From Marsupella aquatica (Eukaryota > Plantae > Marchantiophyta), in the NCBI GenBank assembly GCA_973895155.1, contig OZ316897.1, positions 9,757,832-9,821,831 of the forward strand: a DNA stretch of 64,000 bases, in the 5' to 3' direction. The notes under the pieces are model-generated. The model was given only the letters and a program-made list of their open reading frames with translations, made no database searches and was not told where the DNA came from. Numbering within the stretch: position 1 is the first letter of the stretch; each line of letters begins with the position of its first letter. Positions 48,268-62,769 of the stretch are shown piece by piece. The translations under genes and the position numbers were made by a program.

Positions 48268-49406
48268 CTACCTAGAATGGTGTGACAAGCAAAATAGCCA
48301 GGCAAACAATTGGGGAAGGTTGTATGGTGATTTGAACTGCCGGGATTGGATAAAGAGGACTTTAAATACATTGAGTAGGCCCCAAAGGTGATCTAAGTGA
48401 AGGGTTAAGGATGTCTCTACCAATCTTGACCATTGAGATTCATTTTGGAAATTGAGAATTGTGGTTGAAATTAAGAGTGTCACGAAGGCAAATGGGGCCT
48501 AGACACTAGTTTAAGAAACCATTGGGCAAAGGGTTTCAGCAATGTGAGTCTATTTGTTTATGTTGTGAGTCTATTTGTTTATGTTGTATTCCAGGCTATG
48601 CTGATATCCTGTGATTGGCTAATTGCATATTCTATGGAGTAGTTTTGCTTTCATTATTTAAGCTGTAGAATCGAAAGATGGGATTCGAAGTTGGAATTCG
48701 TGACCATCACGTATCTTTGTGATTGGGATGCTACTGTAGGATTTACCACAGGTTGGATTCCGAGTGTTTCTGAATTGAAGACATTCAAACACTGCCAATT
48801 GCGTAAAGATATCTGCTTAATTTTCGAGTTCCTAATACCTACTTATGGAGAGCTGCGACACCTACTGGTCTGCTCTATTGATCTTGTCATATGAATAGGC
48901 AAAGTCAGCAACTCAACTCCCAAAGTTAATTTGCCCAACGGAATGACAGGAACTGTTGATATTCACCAAAAGAGACGGATCGGACCGATGAAACTGTTGC
49001 TGAAACCTCGAGATATTCAGTAAAAAGTGAGCAATTGCTGGTCACAAAACATGCTCTGGCGGGATATGCACCATGTGGGAACACAATCAACTGTGGCTCA
49101 ATTTGAACTGATGATGAAGTATACACATCACTTCCAGGGTCCTCCATCTTAGAAGAGAGGAAACTCACATTCAGCAGGGGCAGAGTGCCATGATATTCTT
49201 CGAATAGGAAAGACACAACTTGATATTATTTGCTAGAAATGATTACATGATTGAAACTGTTGCTGCTGTGCATGGGTGCGTAGCTCTAAATTAATGTATG
49301 GTATCGACTGATCAATGTCATGCAGAGTTTTATTTTGAATGTGCTTTCCTATTTCTTGCAACCCAATGCCTGGGAGTTTAGATTGAGCAATGATCACGAT
49401 AGTAAT

Positions 49407-52148
49407 CTATGCTTTAGTGGTGCTTAAGGGCGCCTTTGGAAATAATCCTTTCCGCATGAAGTCTTGTAAGCAGTCATCAAATATGCTTTCAGCACTTTTG
49501 AATGACTTCAGACCTAGTTGTTGAACTTTTCTTGTGTTGAGGGTATGAGGTATGGCTTCGGTACTGTCCTCCTTGTACCTGCATTTTGTCAACAGGTGTT
49601 CCTGTGAGTATCAGAGTATTTATTCAAGCGAGGGGACCCAGGCATAGTACCTAACATTGATATGGGTTTCTCAACGTTGAAATTGTGAAGCGACAAAAGA
49701 GACTTCATAGGGTCCAGGTTTGACGGTAAAATTAACCAGAGGTGGTCAGGTATAGTACTTCATGGGGAGTTTTGTTGTTGAATACTTGGATCTGATCATT
49801 TCCATCATCTGCTGCCAGTGTGCCACAACAGATGAGCAGATGTAACGACCAGTCGCTTCAGGTGTCTCGTACGCGAGGATGTGTGTCTCAACCACGTCAT
49901 CAATGTGGACAAATCCTATGATTTGGTTTGGATATTCCTCCATTTTTCCTGCAGGATGAAATTCATTGGACCTAAGTTAGCCAATCCTGCTTTCAGTTTG
50001 ATACTGTCAGTCTGCGTGTTGATTGGGAATCTAGCAGAGAAATCGATGGAGTGGCTGATATAACGAGTTATAGACAAATCTGAATTGAATGAACTATTCT
50101 TGACCATACATAATTGAAATACTTACCATGGAGAAGGTAGTAGATATAAGAAACTGTGCTCGTTGGGAAGTCTCCAAGGAAAGGTCCAACTATAAATGAT
50201 GGATTCACTACCACCAAGTTCAGGTTGTGCTCTTGGGAAAATTTCCAGGCTACCTTCTCTGCCTGTGTCTTCGCAAGCGCATACCACATCTGATACACCC
50301 AGCCAGTTCCAAAGCACGTCTCCTTCAAAACACACTCTAAAATGTATATATCCTCGATATTGCAAGCATTACACCCGACAAAGAATCCACCTTGTTCAGA
50401 ACCCGATGCTAACATAAGGCCAGAAGCTGCAAACAAGATATCTTTTCCAAAAAGCTTGAAGCAGTGCAAGTGAACCTGATTTTCTCTGCAGAAATCAAGA
50501 TTGGAGAAACTTGATTCATCCAAGGGAAGATCGTCTGCTCGTCGATTGTAGTCATAGCGGACAGCTGAACATGAAGATGTCATCACAATTCTCCTTACTG
50601 TGGACGACTTTGCACAAGATCTCAGCACATTTAGGGCCCCGTTCACAGTTGGATCGATCATGGTCGCCTATATAAAATAATTGCCACAGTTCAGTTCTCC
50701 ATCGGGAAAAAACTTATTCAATTCATGCACACTGCAGTACGTGACTGACTTCAATCAGTAATTGTAGCGGGAACAACCAACGCAGTTTAGGTGATTGTCC
50801 TTGCCTGGGGATTGTTGGGATCTTCTGGGAGGACAGGGCCAGCAGTATGAAAGACACCCTCAACTCCTTCCAGAGCTGCATCAAATGATCCCTCCTTCAT
50901 CAGGTCTGCTCCTACTATGCTCAGCCTCTCGCTGGCTCCTTCCAATTTCCACAGAAATGCAACCTTTTTCTTATCTTCTGGTGTCCATCGATTGAAATCC
51001 ATTCACCCGTTGACATGCATACATCAAACCCAATGTCGAGTTAAAACTCAGCTTCGAGAAGGAGACAATAAGGAAGATACGAAGTTAGAGTAAAATTCAG
51101 CCTTGTCCATACTCAAAGTACCATGGAACCCCAGGATGTGCCTCTTAAATATTTCCTGGCCAACGTCCGGAAACCGGTACCTCTTCGAGTTTATTTTCTA
51201 AGGTAAACATGTTACGGTGTGATTGACTTTCGCTTGGCATAGTAAACTTCATGACAACTTCTTTCGGAAATTCTTGTGTCATTGAGGACGTCCACACTAC
51301 TGTACTGTCCACATTTCTAGTACAAATCTCTAATACCGAACGAGGCCAATGTTGAATGTTCATTGACTCTCCAGTGGCTCCTTCACACTACTGTCTCTGG
51401 AGTAACATTCCCAACTGAGCTTCAAAAGATAATTAAGCCAGTGCATTCTCTTAATTGCATAAGAAATGACTGCCTCGTGGTGAGGACTGTCAACCGAGGA
51501 TGCATTTTGATCAGCAGTAGATATAAAAAAGGGCCAGTCAACCAAGAATTAATTCCATTCAACAGAAACTATCAACAAGACATGAAGGCTGTCAGCAAAG
51601 AATGTTTATCACAAGAGTAGCATTCGAGCATCATGTCGAAAAAACATAAAGACCAGCCTCCTAAGCAGTGTACGTTTTGTCCCCAAATCAGTAAAGATCT
51701 GAACAATGCTCTCAATGCCCAGTGACATTGTGACGACACCTCTTTGGACTCTGTGAATGATGTGGGCATAGTGTGTTCATCAAAATGTTCTGATGATTTC
51801 TGATGCGGTAAGCTACTGAAGATTTTGTGTTTTGTTGACTTCCTACATCAAATTTAACAGACGAGATCCCTCTTTTCAGCCTGAACTCAAATGTATAAAT
51901 GTGAATGTAAAAGAAGACGAGTCCATGATTTCGAAAATAGATGATTAGTCAGTACGTGGGTTGCGGACGGTGGCTCTGACGGTGTAGCCGAGCTGCAGTA
52001 GACGGCAGATGAGGTTCGAGGCAACGTAACCCGTGCCTCCGGTTACGCAAACCAGCCCCCTCGCGTTCCTTTCGCCCCCTTCTTCGACTCTTCCATTGCC
52101 AATAGCTATGGAGCCTGTCTCCGTGTTTCCTTGCCCCCCAGCCCCCAT
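49407..52148 (-). CDS. TKPR2: Tetraketide alpha-pyrone reductase 2-like (DFR/CCR-like SDR); exons 52148-51956, 50977-50805, 50667-50476, 50289-50127, 49948-49759, 49578-49407
   Basis: [10 protein letters not shown] Rossmann motif, [24 protein letters not shown] (YxxxK), [19 protein letters not shown]...[18 protein letters not shown]; splice phases consistent, giving an open frame. Confidence 0.9.
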
Positions 52149-52594
52149 GCTGCTGCACCTCTTGGCTTCGGAAATCTGAACGATGTCAATTCCGGAAGGG
52201 ATCGATCTGCTCCTTCTTCTCGATTCCAAAATCCAAACGAACTTCTCAATCACGGAACGCCGCTTCTCAATTGATCAATTGAGTGAGTGAGGAGTGACTG
52301 CGAGTACGTGAGTATTTATGCCTACTGGTCCAAAGCAAGTCAGAGCATGATTGATCTCTTCCTGTCATTGCTCGCCTCGATCGCTAGCTCCATCACACTC
52401 AATTCCTGCCCTCTCCGGCTTCATGACAGATCAATCATGAAAGGCGTGTGCATCGAAGAGGTACGTCCACACTGTCTGTGCTGCTCGAAACAGTACGATC
52501 GATGGTTAGATATGGGCGTCGGTCAGCTGCGGTAGACACCCACTGTCTCGAAGAATGCATGTTCTGTACAGGACAGAACAAAAGGATGAATCAG

Positions 52595-53035
52595 ATGAAA
52601 TGGGCTGATTATACCACTGGTCTATTGTCTATGTGTGACTCTCAACAGTCAATTCATCCAGACGTTAATTTCCCATGGAGAGGAGTACCGAAAGAAAGTA
52701 TCAATCAGATGAAATGTCAATTGGTCTGATTGTACCGCTGGTGTAGTCTCTCACTCTGACTCTCAACAGTCAATTAATTCAGACATTCCCTTCCCATGCG
52801 GAGTAGGACGGCATGTTCTGGTGAGATGAGTACCGAAAGAAAGTATGCATCAAACCAACTGATTGTACCACTGGTGTAGTCTGACTCTGACTCTGACTCT
52901 GACTCTGACTCTCAACAGTTAATTAATTCAGATATTCCCTTCCCATGGAGAGGAGTAGGACGGCATGTTCTAGTGAGATGAGTACCGAAAGAAAGTATGA
53001 ATCAGACCAACTGATTGTACCGCTGCTCTAATTAG
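52595..53035. repeat. About four degenerate ~120-bp tandem units with a (GACTCT)n tract, upstream of the TKPR2-like gene
   Basis: Recurrent GACTCTCAACAGT..ATT and GAGTACCGAAAGAAAGTAT..ATCA blocks. Confidence 0.8.
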
Positions 53036-56000
53036 TCTCTAATTAACTATGGCTTGACAGTCACCTCATTTAGACATGGATCGGAGAGCAGCCGAACATT
53101 CAGCATACTCTCGATGTCAACCGTGGACAAAAGTGTGGGATAGACTAATTCATCATCATCCCATTGATTAGACTGACCGAGCTCTTTGTGGCTCATTTGA
53201 GAGTCGGGTAGCTTCAAAACTCGATCAATCCAGGTGGGAAGTCTCAAAATTTTCTGTCATCATTCATTGTTGAAGCCTCTTCCGCGCTGATCATCGTCAT
53301 GTCAAGACTGTCTACTCTCAACTCCGAAATTCGTGCCATGATAGCTATGATGCACGCTTGACTAATTAAGAATGGAAATAACTGTGCTCTGTCATGCAAG
53401 TCTTTGAAGAGTTTGCTGTTTGTATGAAGAAGCTAATTACCTGCATTCACATCCAAAACACGCACGAAAATCAGGACTCTTTCTCCCCATCAGCCTCATG
53501 AAAGTCAGTCCAAGGGTACCTACAGTAGTACTTGACCGTTCGAGCATTAAATCACAATCGTATTTAATCTATCTAACGAGAACCGAACACGAGTGTGCTC
53601 GCTCATGTCTGTACTAGGGTCTTCCCACTATTGGATGTATTTGTATATTGAGAAATTCACTGCGGTGTTCGGTACCGGGTTCGGTACTTGCTTTAATTAA
53701 GGATGGGATCATGGTGCAGTCCCTCCTCTGCCTAGTCCCTCCTCTGCAGTGTATATGTGCCCTTCGAGGGCTGCGAGAACACAGTCATGCCACGAACGGT
53801 AAGGCGGACCCCAGTGGTTGACGATCCAAGGCAGTGGTGGAGGCTCGTGGAGATTACGTCCCTCTGATCCTAGTAGAAAGATTTTATAATCGGTGGGACG
53901 TTTCCAATACGTCGTTGTAATCATGTCTACTGGAATCAATGAAGCTATGCCGCGCACACAAAAGCAGTGGCCGGGAAAGGGGGAAAAGCAGGCAAGTAGG
54001 AACGCTGTTAACATTGCCCATCCGGCCCGGCTCGGCTCGATCACCCAATTTTAAGCTCACAATCTAACCAGATCGACTAGTGAAGAGCGGGATTGGAGTG
54101 AGCGTTCTGGTTGTTGGCAGCGCGCTACCTGAAGTGCTGCAGCTTTTGCTGCTGCACCAGCAAGAGGAGCACGAGGGGGCAAGGTTGGTGCCTTCCTTCC
54201 TGCACTTTTTGAGCTCCTGCATCTGCACTTCGTTGTGCTTCTTTGTCTGCACGGTGGCTGTTGCTGCGCTCTCGAAAAACAAAAAGTAGTTTATTGAGAG
54301 CTCCAGCACTGCGATGTCATGACTGTGTAGGGCACCGCGAAACTCGGTACAATCGCCTTTGTCTGTCCTGCCGTGCACGTACCGGCCAGCGCCGTCTATA
54401 CACTGCTGCATGGCCATTTAAATTCTGTGCCGATGATTGCAAAGCACGCTTGGGAGTTGGGAAATTCAACCGCCTGCATATTAGAATATCATTGTCTTGA
54501 TCGAAGCGAGTGTTTAACCAGGGCAGGCATGTCTAACAGCTGTGGATTTTCGTTTCAGTTGCAGCATGTTTGTTGTTCACCGGAAACTGTCACATGGATT
54601 GTGATTATCATTCCAATTGGATGGTGCCATTCTCGAGGCAATTCGAATTGAGATGGCTTATTAAGGGCTTAAATAATCCATGGCCTCGAAAAACTTGTAG
54701 TTCCTCCCCAACTTACTCGCTTGGGGATGAAATCTGTGTGGATTAGTTCATTTGCACTTCAGCCTGTGAGGAATTGAAACCTTACCTCAATCATTCTCGG
54801 AATTCTTTAGATAGAAGGATCTTCGTTAGGTTTCTGGGCCTGTCATGAACTGCATAGCTTACCCGAAACACTTGGGAAAGTGGAAACTCTGCGCCATGCA
54901 CCATCGAGTTGAAAGGATTGTGATAACTTTGGAGATATTTGCTTGATCATGGCCGGGGGCCCTCGATCCAAAAGTAGCTTCCAGTAAGACCCCTTTTGCA
55001 AAATTTACACAGCTTGCTACAGTAGTTGCTGTTATACAACTGAGCATCTCATGTAGAAGCTGTAGTATCGGTTGCCTCCTTGCCTGGGCAATCGATTCAA
55101 GTGGAAAGAATTCAATTGACAGAACACCGCATGATGTCGAACATCTCAATCAAAGATTAGAAGGATTCAAAAGATACTACTTGCTCTTGAAAATTTGGAT
55201 GCTCAATCTCTCCAAGACGTCCATACAATCCATGAGCAAGGAGACTGTACAGCACTTGTAGTGAAACTAAAATCTGCAAAGAGAAACTCTCATAGTTTGA
55301 TAGTAATATCAATCTTCGCCGACAAATCTAAGGGCCATCATGAAGATCTCCGTCTTCAAGATCGCCCATGAGGATGCCAAAATGAAATATCCCCAAAATG
55401 CTTTTCTTGACAACTTCCTTTACTACTCCGGACCTTTGATATCTTGATTTTAGACTAGATTTTACTCTAGTAGGACTTATTTTTCGCCAAAATACAAAAC
55501 ACTCTATTCAGGGTAACTGCTATACATATGCATTGTCACTCTTTTCACATAGTTTGCAATGTTTTTTCACTCTTGGTTAGGCAAAGTAACTCTGGTTAAC
55601 TTGATGCAACCGACAGTCAATATCCTTCCTCCAACCTAACCATTTGGATTCCATTGACGGTAACGTCTCTAACTTGTCTCTAACTTTGCTCCATAAGCCC
55701 TAAACCCAATCTAGCCCCTCTTGGTTCGCAGCTCCACTCCTGTCCCACCAGCCCAGTATAGCTGAATTTGACCCAAAAAATTGGAATGTACTAAATTCAG
55801 TTATTTAATAATGTTGGCCCTGAGAATGGCCACATCCATGGGTGAGTTGTGGAGATATTTTTCCATCCTTGCAGACACCTAGGTTCCAAGCACACCCAAC
55901 TACCTACTCCTTCAAAATCTCAGCTCTCATACCTCTCTATGAAGGATGAGGGGTCAGGTTTTTTTTTAGTGGCACAAATTCGCTAGTATTTTTCTTTCTC

Positions 56001-57589
56001 ATTAGCCAGTGTCCCACCTAATCACAGGCCCTTTTAGCCAGAACCTAACGGTCACCCTTAAATCTAGGGAGATCTGACGGTCAGAAAAACAATCAGATAA
56101 GGAACATTTTCAGCATCTTCTCCTTCACACACTGAACATTTGCCACTGGCGAAAAGGCAAACCCCTAAAAAATACGCTGTGAGGGGTGGACTGAGTTGGT
56201 GTAGGATTAAGAACTTGTTGGTGATGTTGTGCCAATCCACCATGCATGGTTGTCCCTGTTGAGTCCCTGATCATAATTCCCAAGAGAACAAACTGATAGA
56301 TTTGAAAGAGTCTTATTGAGGAGAAATCATCCTTTCTAAGCCCATCCAAAACTTCACCAGGCCCATGAATTTACATCCTTCACCTTTAGATGGACGCTTT
56401 ATAAACATGGCCAAATTAAATGCTAGTCAGATAACTTCCAATGACCTATTTGGACAGACATTTGTGAACCAGGAAACTGGAAACCCATGAGCCATTTCTA
56501 CATTATTATAAGAGCTTGTGACCCATAACACATTAGACCCACCCAAGATGGTTTGGAGCAGAACTCATTGCTGAGATTAAAGTGGAATGGTCTGATCAGG
56601 AGTTGAATTTGGAAATGTTGGTCCCAAGTTATCACTGGGCTTATAGAAGATCCATCATGGACCCACCTAGTTATTTCGTTATGTTGTAAATTAAAAGGAA
56701 TATACCCTATCTCGATAAGTTCAATTAAAGAGAATCTCTAAAACAATAAAGGTGACAACTGGAAGGTGTAAAGAAACTTTTATTCCTTGGGAATTGGACT
56801 GAAAGTAATGCTAGCTTTAGAATCCAAAAATGAATTTAAATTCTGGTCCAACTGGAAGGTGTAAAGATTATCTTTCTGAATTCATTACGTTTCCTAGAGT
56901 GGACAATACACAGGTGAGGTATATAGTAGGAGCATCTTCTGTGTATAGTAGGACATTATGGGCCTGCAAAATGATTATTTTAGCCCTACTTTTGAGTAAT
57001 GCCTTGCCCTTGTAACATGGTGTTAACACACTTTAAGGCGTCACGAATTTTTTTCTACTATTTATTAAAGTAAATTTAAAGGAGAAGATCAAAATCTGGG
57101 CTGTCCATTCTTCTTTGTAACACCAAAAATTACAGAGAAAAGTTATGAAGGACATCCTGCATTGGTGAAACGGAAGTGGGCTTGTCTAGTCAGGTCTTGA
57201 ACTTGAGATCTGTTGCCAAGTCACCACCACTGGGCACATGCATTGGTGAAACTAAAGTAGAATAATCTAGTCAGGTATTGAACTTGAGACTTGTTGGTAC
57301 AAGTCACCAGGTCTACTTCACACTCGAGTAATAAATATGGAAGAATCACTAAGCATGTATTCTAAAACATTTCCATTGGTAACAGTATGTTCTCTAAAGG
57401 TTTCCATTGGTGACTTTAGACCTACTCATAAAGTTTCTGGGCCTTTTTCTCCAGATTTCTGAAAAGAAAAACCTCTCCACAAAGTCTGGCTTACCTATTG
57501 TATAGAATGAACCTATTGTATAGAATGAAGGCTCTAGCTACTCCATGGGCGTACCATGTAGAGCAAAGCTTGTAGACGGTGACTTTAAC

Positions 57590-58480
57590 TGAGGGCATAG
57601 CTGAAAGTGAGGGTACCTGGAGGCCCCTAGACTGTGACTCTTAGTGTTTGAAAGTGAGGGCTATCTGAGGATGTCTCTAGCTGAGTGTGCCACTGAAAGT
57701 GAGAGTAAAGGCATAACTGACAGTGAGGGGGAAGAAAACGCAGGCATCAGGCGAAAGGGTGGGGCAAAGATGAAAAACATGAGTGAGAGTAAGGGCAAAG
57801 ATGAAAAACATGAGTGAGAGTAAGGGCAAAACTGACAGTGAGATGCAAAACGAAAGTGAGGGTACTGAAAGTGAGGGTGCACAAAAAAAACAGGGATGAG
57901 TCCAATGGATGGGGGCAAAGATGAACAACAAGTGAAAGTCAGAGTAATAAGCTAGGGCATAACTGAAGTGCAGAAAAAAAAGGCATCAGGCAAAAGGATG
58001 GTGCAACCATGAAAAACAGGGATGAGGCTAGGGCAAAACTGAAAGTGAGGGTGCCAAAAAATATGTGAGGGGTGCACAAAAAATGTGAGGGTGCAAAAAA
58101 GACGGATGAGTCCCAGGGATGGGGGTAAGGATGAAAAACAAGGACGAGGGTGAGGGAGGGGGGCAAAGATGAAAAGCAGGGATGAGGCTGCGGCAAAACT
58201 GAAAGTGAGGGTGCACAAAATATGTGAGGGTACTGAAAGTGAGGGTGCACAAAAAATAGTCAGGGATGAGTCCAAGAAATGGGGGCAAAGATGACAAACA
58301 ATGAGGCTACTGCAAAACTGAAAGTGAGGGTGCAAAATGGATGGGGCAAAGATTAAAAACAGGGATGAGGCTAGGGCAAAGATTAAAAACAGGGATGACA
58401 GGGTGCACAAAAAATGTCAGGGATGGGTCCAAGGGATGGGGCAAAGTTGAAAAGCAAGGATGACAGTGAAGGACGAGTGA
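57590..58480. repeat. Degenerate purine-rich minisatellite (CTGAAAGTGAGGGT / GGGCAAAGATGAAAAACA)
   Basis: Both motifs recur many times. Confidence 0.8.
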
Positions 58481-59837
58481 GGGAGATATATGCTTAGTAG
58501 ACCCCCTTTGCTTAATCAACCCCCTCCATGCTTTTCCCCAATCTGGACCGTTAATGGACCTTTAGATCTCAGATCTGGACTGTGGACAGACTTCAGGGGG
58601 TTGATCATGTAATAAGTTTCTTTTGAGGGGTGATCATGTAATAAGTTTCTTTTTGGGGGTGATCAAGCAAATACCTCACTAATGAGGCATGGGGGCAAAG
58701 ATGAACAAGGAATGACGAGCCAGGGGTTCGAGGGATCATTCGATTTAACTCGTAATCACACAAGTTTTCAAAATCCCAAAAAAGCTTTCTTAAAGATTTT
58801 CGCTACCCACGTGTTTTTCCAAATGTTTTACGGGTGCACCACTCATGCACATCACGTGACTTCACACGAGTCAGATACCTCCTCCCACGCCATTCCCTGT
58901 TGCTCTTTGACCAAAATTTGTGGGAGACACTTCGAGTTCCAACCGCTACATCCTCTGTAGACTAAAGACCCAGTCTGTCGACTAAAGACCCAGTCTTAAT
59001 ATTCTTTTCCCAATTCTTTGCACACCGTGGATGCTAGAAACTTGCAAGAATAAGTTTGAGCCGATATTACGAGTCTTCATCTACAAGACATGTAAACCAT
59101 AGCTGAGAAGTCTTGTCTGGACTTGGGAGCACATTGTTGGACTGATGAATGTGTCACTAAAATTAGTCTAGTCTTCACAACCCATTGATCGTACCAGGTG
59201 GGGTTTGTATGCCTGGGGATGAAGAGGGATAGAGAAAACTCCATTCAACATTCAATACTCTGCGCCCTAGATTTCTGTGGATGTATAATTCCACTCTGCC
59301 GAGAAATGTGTTCACATGCACTCTGTATGTTACGTCAACCACAGACTGACTCCCAGCCATGAACGTGATTGGATTCGAAAGTGGTGAATACGACGACTCA
59401 CCTTCACTTCCATCCAGCAAGATGAGATTCAGGCACAAAAAACGAAAAGTTTCATTCTTACACAAACTCACACACTGCAGAGTAAGCACAGTGGTGCAGT
59501 GTAACACGTTAAGTCCTGAAAGAAATAATCCCTCCACCATCCATGATTCTCTGATATTCACTCCAAGTGCAACGGCGACAGAGACCTCAGACCATATCAA
59601 GTGCTCTTTCAAGAAGATCGTGTACTGGAGGTGAGATGACCACTGACAGTGCAGTGAAAAAGGTAGCAATCATACTTTAGTTAACTTGAGACAGCAAGAG
59701 GGGTATCATGATGCTGTCAACTCAAAAACAGTTCCCGGCTTCGTCTGAAGAGTTCTCTACATCGGGACTTTCACAGTAGTACCCAGAAAGGGTTTCGCAA
59801 ACACGGGAAACAGAAGAGGAAGTGAGAAGAGCTATGT

Positions 59838-60672
59838 TCAAGACAACTGTCCGCAGTCGGCAATAACAACGGGCTTCTTCGTCTTGCCGGACGCAGATCC
59901 TACAGCCTCAACGGCCTTCACTACGTTCATTCCTTCAACGACCTTTCCGAACACGACGTGCTTCCCATCCAACCATGGGGTGGCAACGGTGCACAAAAAG
60001 AACTGAGATCCATTGGTGTGCTGGCCGGCATTTGCCATGGACAAGATCCCGGGTTCAGAGTGCTTCATGGTGAAGTTCTCGTCCGCGAACTTTTCTCCGT
60101 AGATGGACTCTCCACCGGTCCCGTTGCCTCTGGTGAAATCGCCACCCTGCAGGGAACAGAGGGAAACTTGCTGAGAACGTTACAGGCTTACAAACAATAA
60201 GGGCTTACAAACAATAAGGCTTACAAACAATCCGTAGTCGGTAGCTCCGACGGACTACTTGCCGCAAACCGCAACATCCACTGCTTCAAACGGACAGGTC
60301 AAGCACAAGAGCCCTCCACCGCTCGCAACAACATTTGTAACGTAAGCTGACGCCGAAACTACTGCCTAGATTAACGAGCAGCCTCGACGCCCCTGCAGAA
60401 AGGGGGCACGAACCGAAGATGGCAAATGAGAAGCGAAGGAGGCCTCGTACCTGGCACATGAAATCGGGGATGACCCTGTGGAAAGACGAGCCCTTGAAGT
60501 GCAAAGGCTTGCCACTCTTCCCCATGCCCTTCTCTCCGGTGCAGAGGCTCCGGAAGTTCTCGGCGGTCTTGGGGGTGGTATTAGCGAAAAGATCCATAAC
60601 GATTCTCCCGACACCGGCGCCGCCGATGGAGATATCGAAGAACACCTTAGGGTTAGAGCCGGACTTCGACAT
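59838..60672 (-). CDS. Cytosolic single-domain cyclophilin (CypA/ROC-type PPIase), 176 aa; exons 60672-60451 and 60146-59838
   Basis: [45 protein letters not shown]|[47 protein letters not shown]; GT-AG intron in phase 0. Confidence 0.96.
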
Positions 60673-60719
60673 TTTCGCTGCACGTACGAGGCAAACTCTT
60701 TCAGCCAATGGTTTCACCA

Positions 60720-61130
60720 AACGGAAACAAAACCTCCTCCACGACTCAGCTCCGTAGACCAAGATTCCCGTCAAAACAGGTGATCCGCATCCAACCTTTT
60801 CTAACACACAAGTGCAGAAAGACCAAAATCTACAACACTCAAGCCGACCGTGCCTCCTCCACAACTCAGCTCCGGAGACCAAGATTTCCGTCAAATACAG
60901 GTGATCAATCAACACACAAGAAGCTCCGCATCCAACCTTGATTCTAAAGTAAAACAAAAAGCGCAGAAACACCAAAATCTACAGCACAAAACTTAACCGT
61001 GCCTCCTTCACAACTCAGCTCCGGAGACCAAAGATTTCCGTCAAAACAGGTGATCAACCAACACGCGAGAAGCTCCGCATCCAACTTTTTCCAACAACAG
61101 AAAGGTGCAAAAAGACCAAAATCCACACTC
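60720..61130. repeat. Three tandem copies (about 120-150 bp) in the putative 5'UTR intron of the cyclophilin gene
   Basis: CCTCCT.CAC.ACTCAGCTCCG.AGACCA..ATT.CCGTCAAA.ACAGGTGATC at about 60733, 60853 and 61002; donor-like ACAG/GTATTG at about 61167 (minus strand). Confidence 0.75.
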
Positions 61131-61389
61131 CTGAAGTGAACAAACCATCGTGGTGAGCGCGACAATACCTGTCTTTCGCCGAAGGAAACGATTCAACTAA
61201 CACTGGACTCGATTACTCGATTACCTCGAAGAACGAAGAGCAACGAAAGACTGCTTTCGCTTAACTGTGGGAGCAGAAAAAGACTTCCGAGCCCAAAGTC
61301 TCAACTTTATACGGAGACGACAAAGATCGAGAAATCGAGTCCTGTAACAATCATTCCGTACCTTCGCTATGTGCAACGAGTAATATGGG

Positions 61390-62215
61390 GGGAACTCTCT
61401 ATAAGTGCACACACCTCGGAAAAGCCCTCAACCTTGCACTTAGAAAAATGTGTAAGGTAACCTATCCCCAAGAGGGGCTAATGGGATGTAATCCGAAAGG
61501 CCAGTGAGCCGGAGGGGGTGACAGCCCATTGTCCCTAAGTGGGAATGATTTACGGGGAGCACTGGGGTTACAGCCCATTATTCCCAAATAGGGATGAGTT
61601 ACGGAGCATGAAACCCAAGTGCATTTTTTAATGCACTTCATTTTCACATTATTTACAAGAGTCTCATCTCTCGCTGTTTGCCACTTGCAGCTTGGAGTAT
61701 TTCTCATTCAAATTTGATACTCCCCAGGCCAGGTTGGCATAGGGGCTCCCTGGGATATTGCCTCATAACCATGTGTAGACATAGGAAGAAAAAAAATCAC
61801 AAGGGGCTTACTAATACTGTACAGTGAACTCTCTCCAAGTGTACCCTAAAAGAATCCCCAACCTTGCACTTGTAAAAATGAGCACTGTATTGTGAATTCT
61901 CTCTAAGGGCACACTCCCGGGAAGAACTCCCAACCATGCACTTAGAAAAATGAGTACTCTACAGTGAACTCTCTGTAAGTGCACACACCCTGGAAAAACC
62001 CCAGCCTTGCTCTTGTAAAAATGAATACTCTACAGTAAACTTTCTCAAGCATATCCTGGACGAACCCCAAACCTTGCATTTGTAAAAATGTATACTGTGG
62101 ACTGAATTCTCTCTAAGTGCACACTCTCGAGAAGAACCCCCAACCATGCACTCATACTACTGTGAACTCTTGCTAAGTGTACACTCCTCGGAACAAACCC
62201 CACCCTTGCAACTAT
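61390..62215. repeat. Degenerate ~70-bp repeats (AAGTGCACAC...CCCCAACCTTGCACTT.TAAAAATG), interrupted at about 61460-61810
   Basis: Recurrent GAACTCTCT...AAGTGCACAC...ACCTTGCA motifs. Confidence 0.7.
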
Positions 62216-62769
62216 AAGTGGTATGCAGTAAGTTATAAGTGAGAGATTTAAGGCCTTGCACTTATCATGCAAAAAGATCTAAGATCTTACACTTTCAATA
62301 GCAACTGTACATAACCCTAAACCAAACCCTAGCATTACTCCACAAGTGCAACAATATACATTATTTTAAAAAAATTCTCAAACACTTATCAATAAGATGG
62401 CAGGTAAGGTTAAATGGCAGTATATGTTTGTATTGATGTGTCTAGTATTGTGTTAGAGTGACTACCTGGAAATACTTAGAGAGACTGCTAAAAGGAAAAA
62501 GAGGAAAAAGACCAACCAGCTTGGAGTATCCTAGATTTTTCAAATTAGTTCAAGGACCCCTTGGTTATGCAAGCTTGTTTTATTGGACCATTTGGAGCCA
62601 TGAAGAGTTGCACATTGGAATAGATCAATGAGAGGACAAAGATTAAATGAAATATTCTAAATGAAGTGAATTTTAAAGACAACTTCACTAAAGACAAATA
62701 AGAGTACATTCATGGTTTACCCTAACCCCTAAATTCTCCATGCAAAATGTTTCCCTTAGTACCTCTATG

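Noticed and set aside
53050-57500. Possible genes or TE remnants between the TKPR2-like gene and the cyclophilin
   Set aside because: ORFs are short with no recognisable domains, and no element boundaries could be defined.
58480-58680. Possible small MITE (TTGCTT.ATCA.CCCCC ... GGGGGTGATCAAGCAA)
   Set aside because: Imperfect inverted repeat with no convincing TSD.
60286-60975. 229-aa N-terminally extended cyclophilin from the ORF track
   Set aside because: The extension comes from intronic tandem repeats and a non-ATG start, and the tail is intron read-through; the spliced 176-aa model fits CypA.
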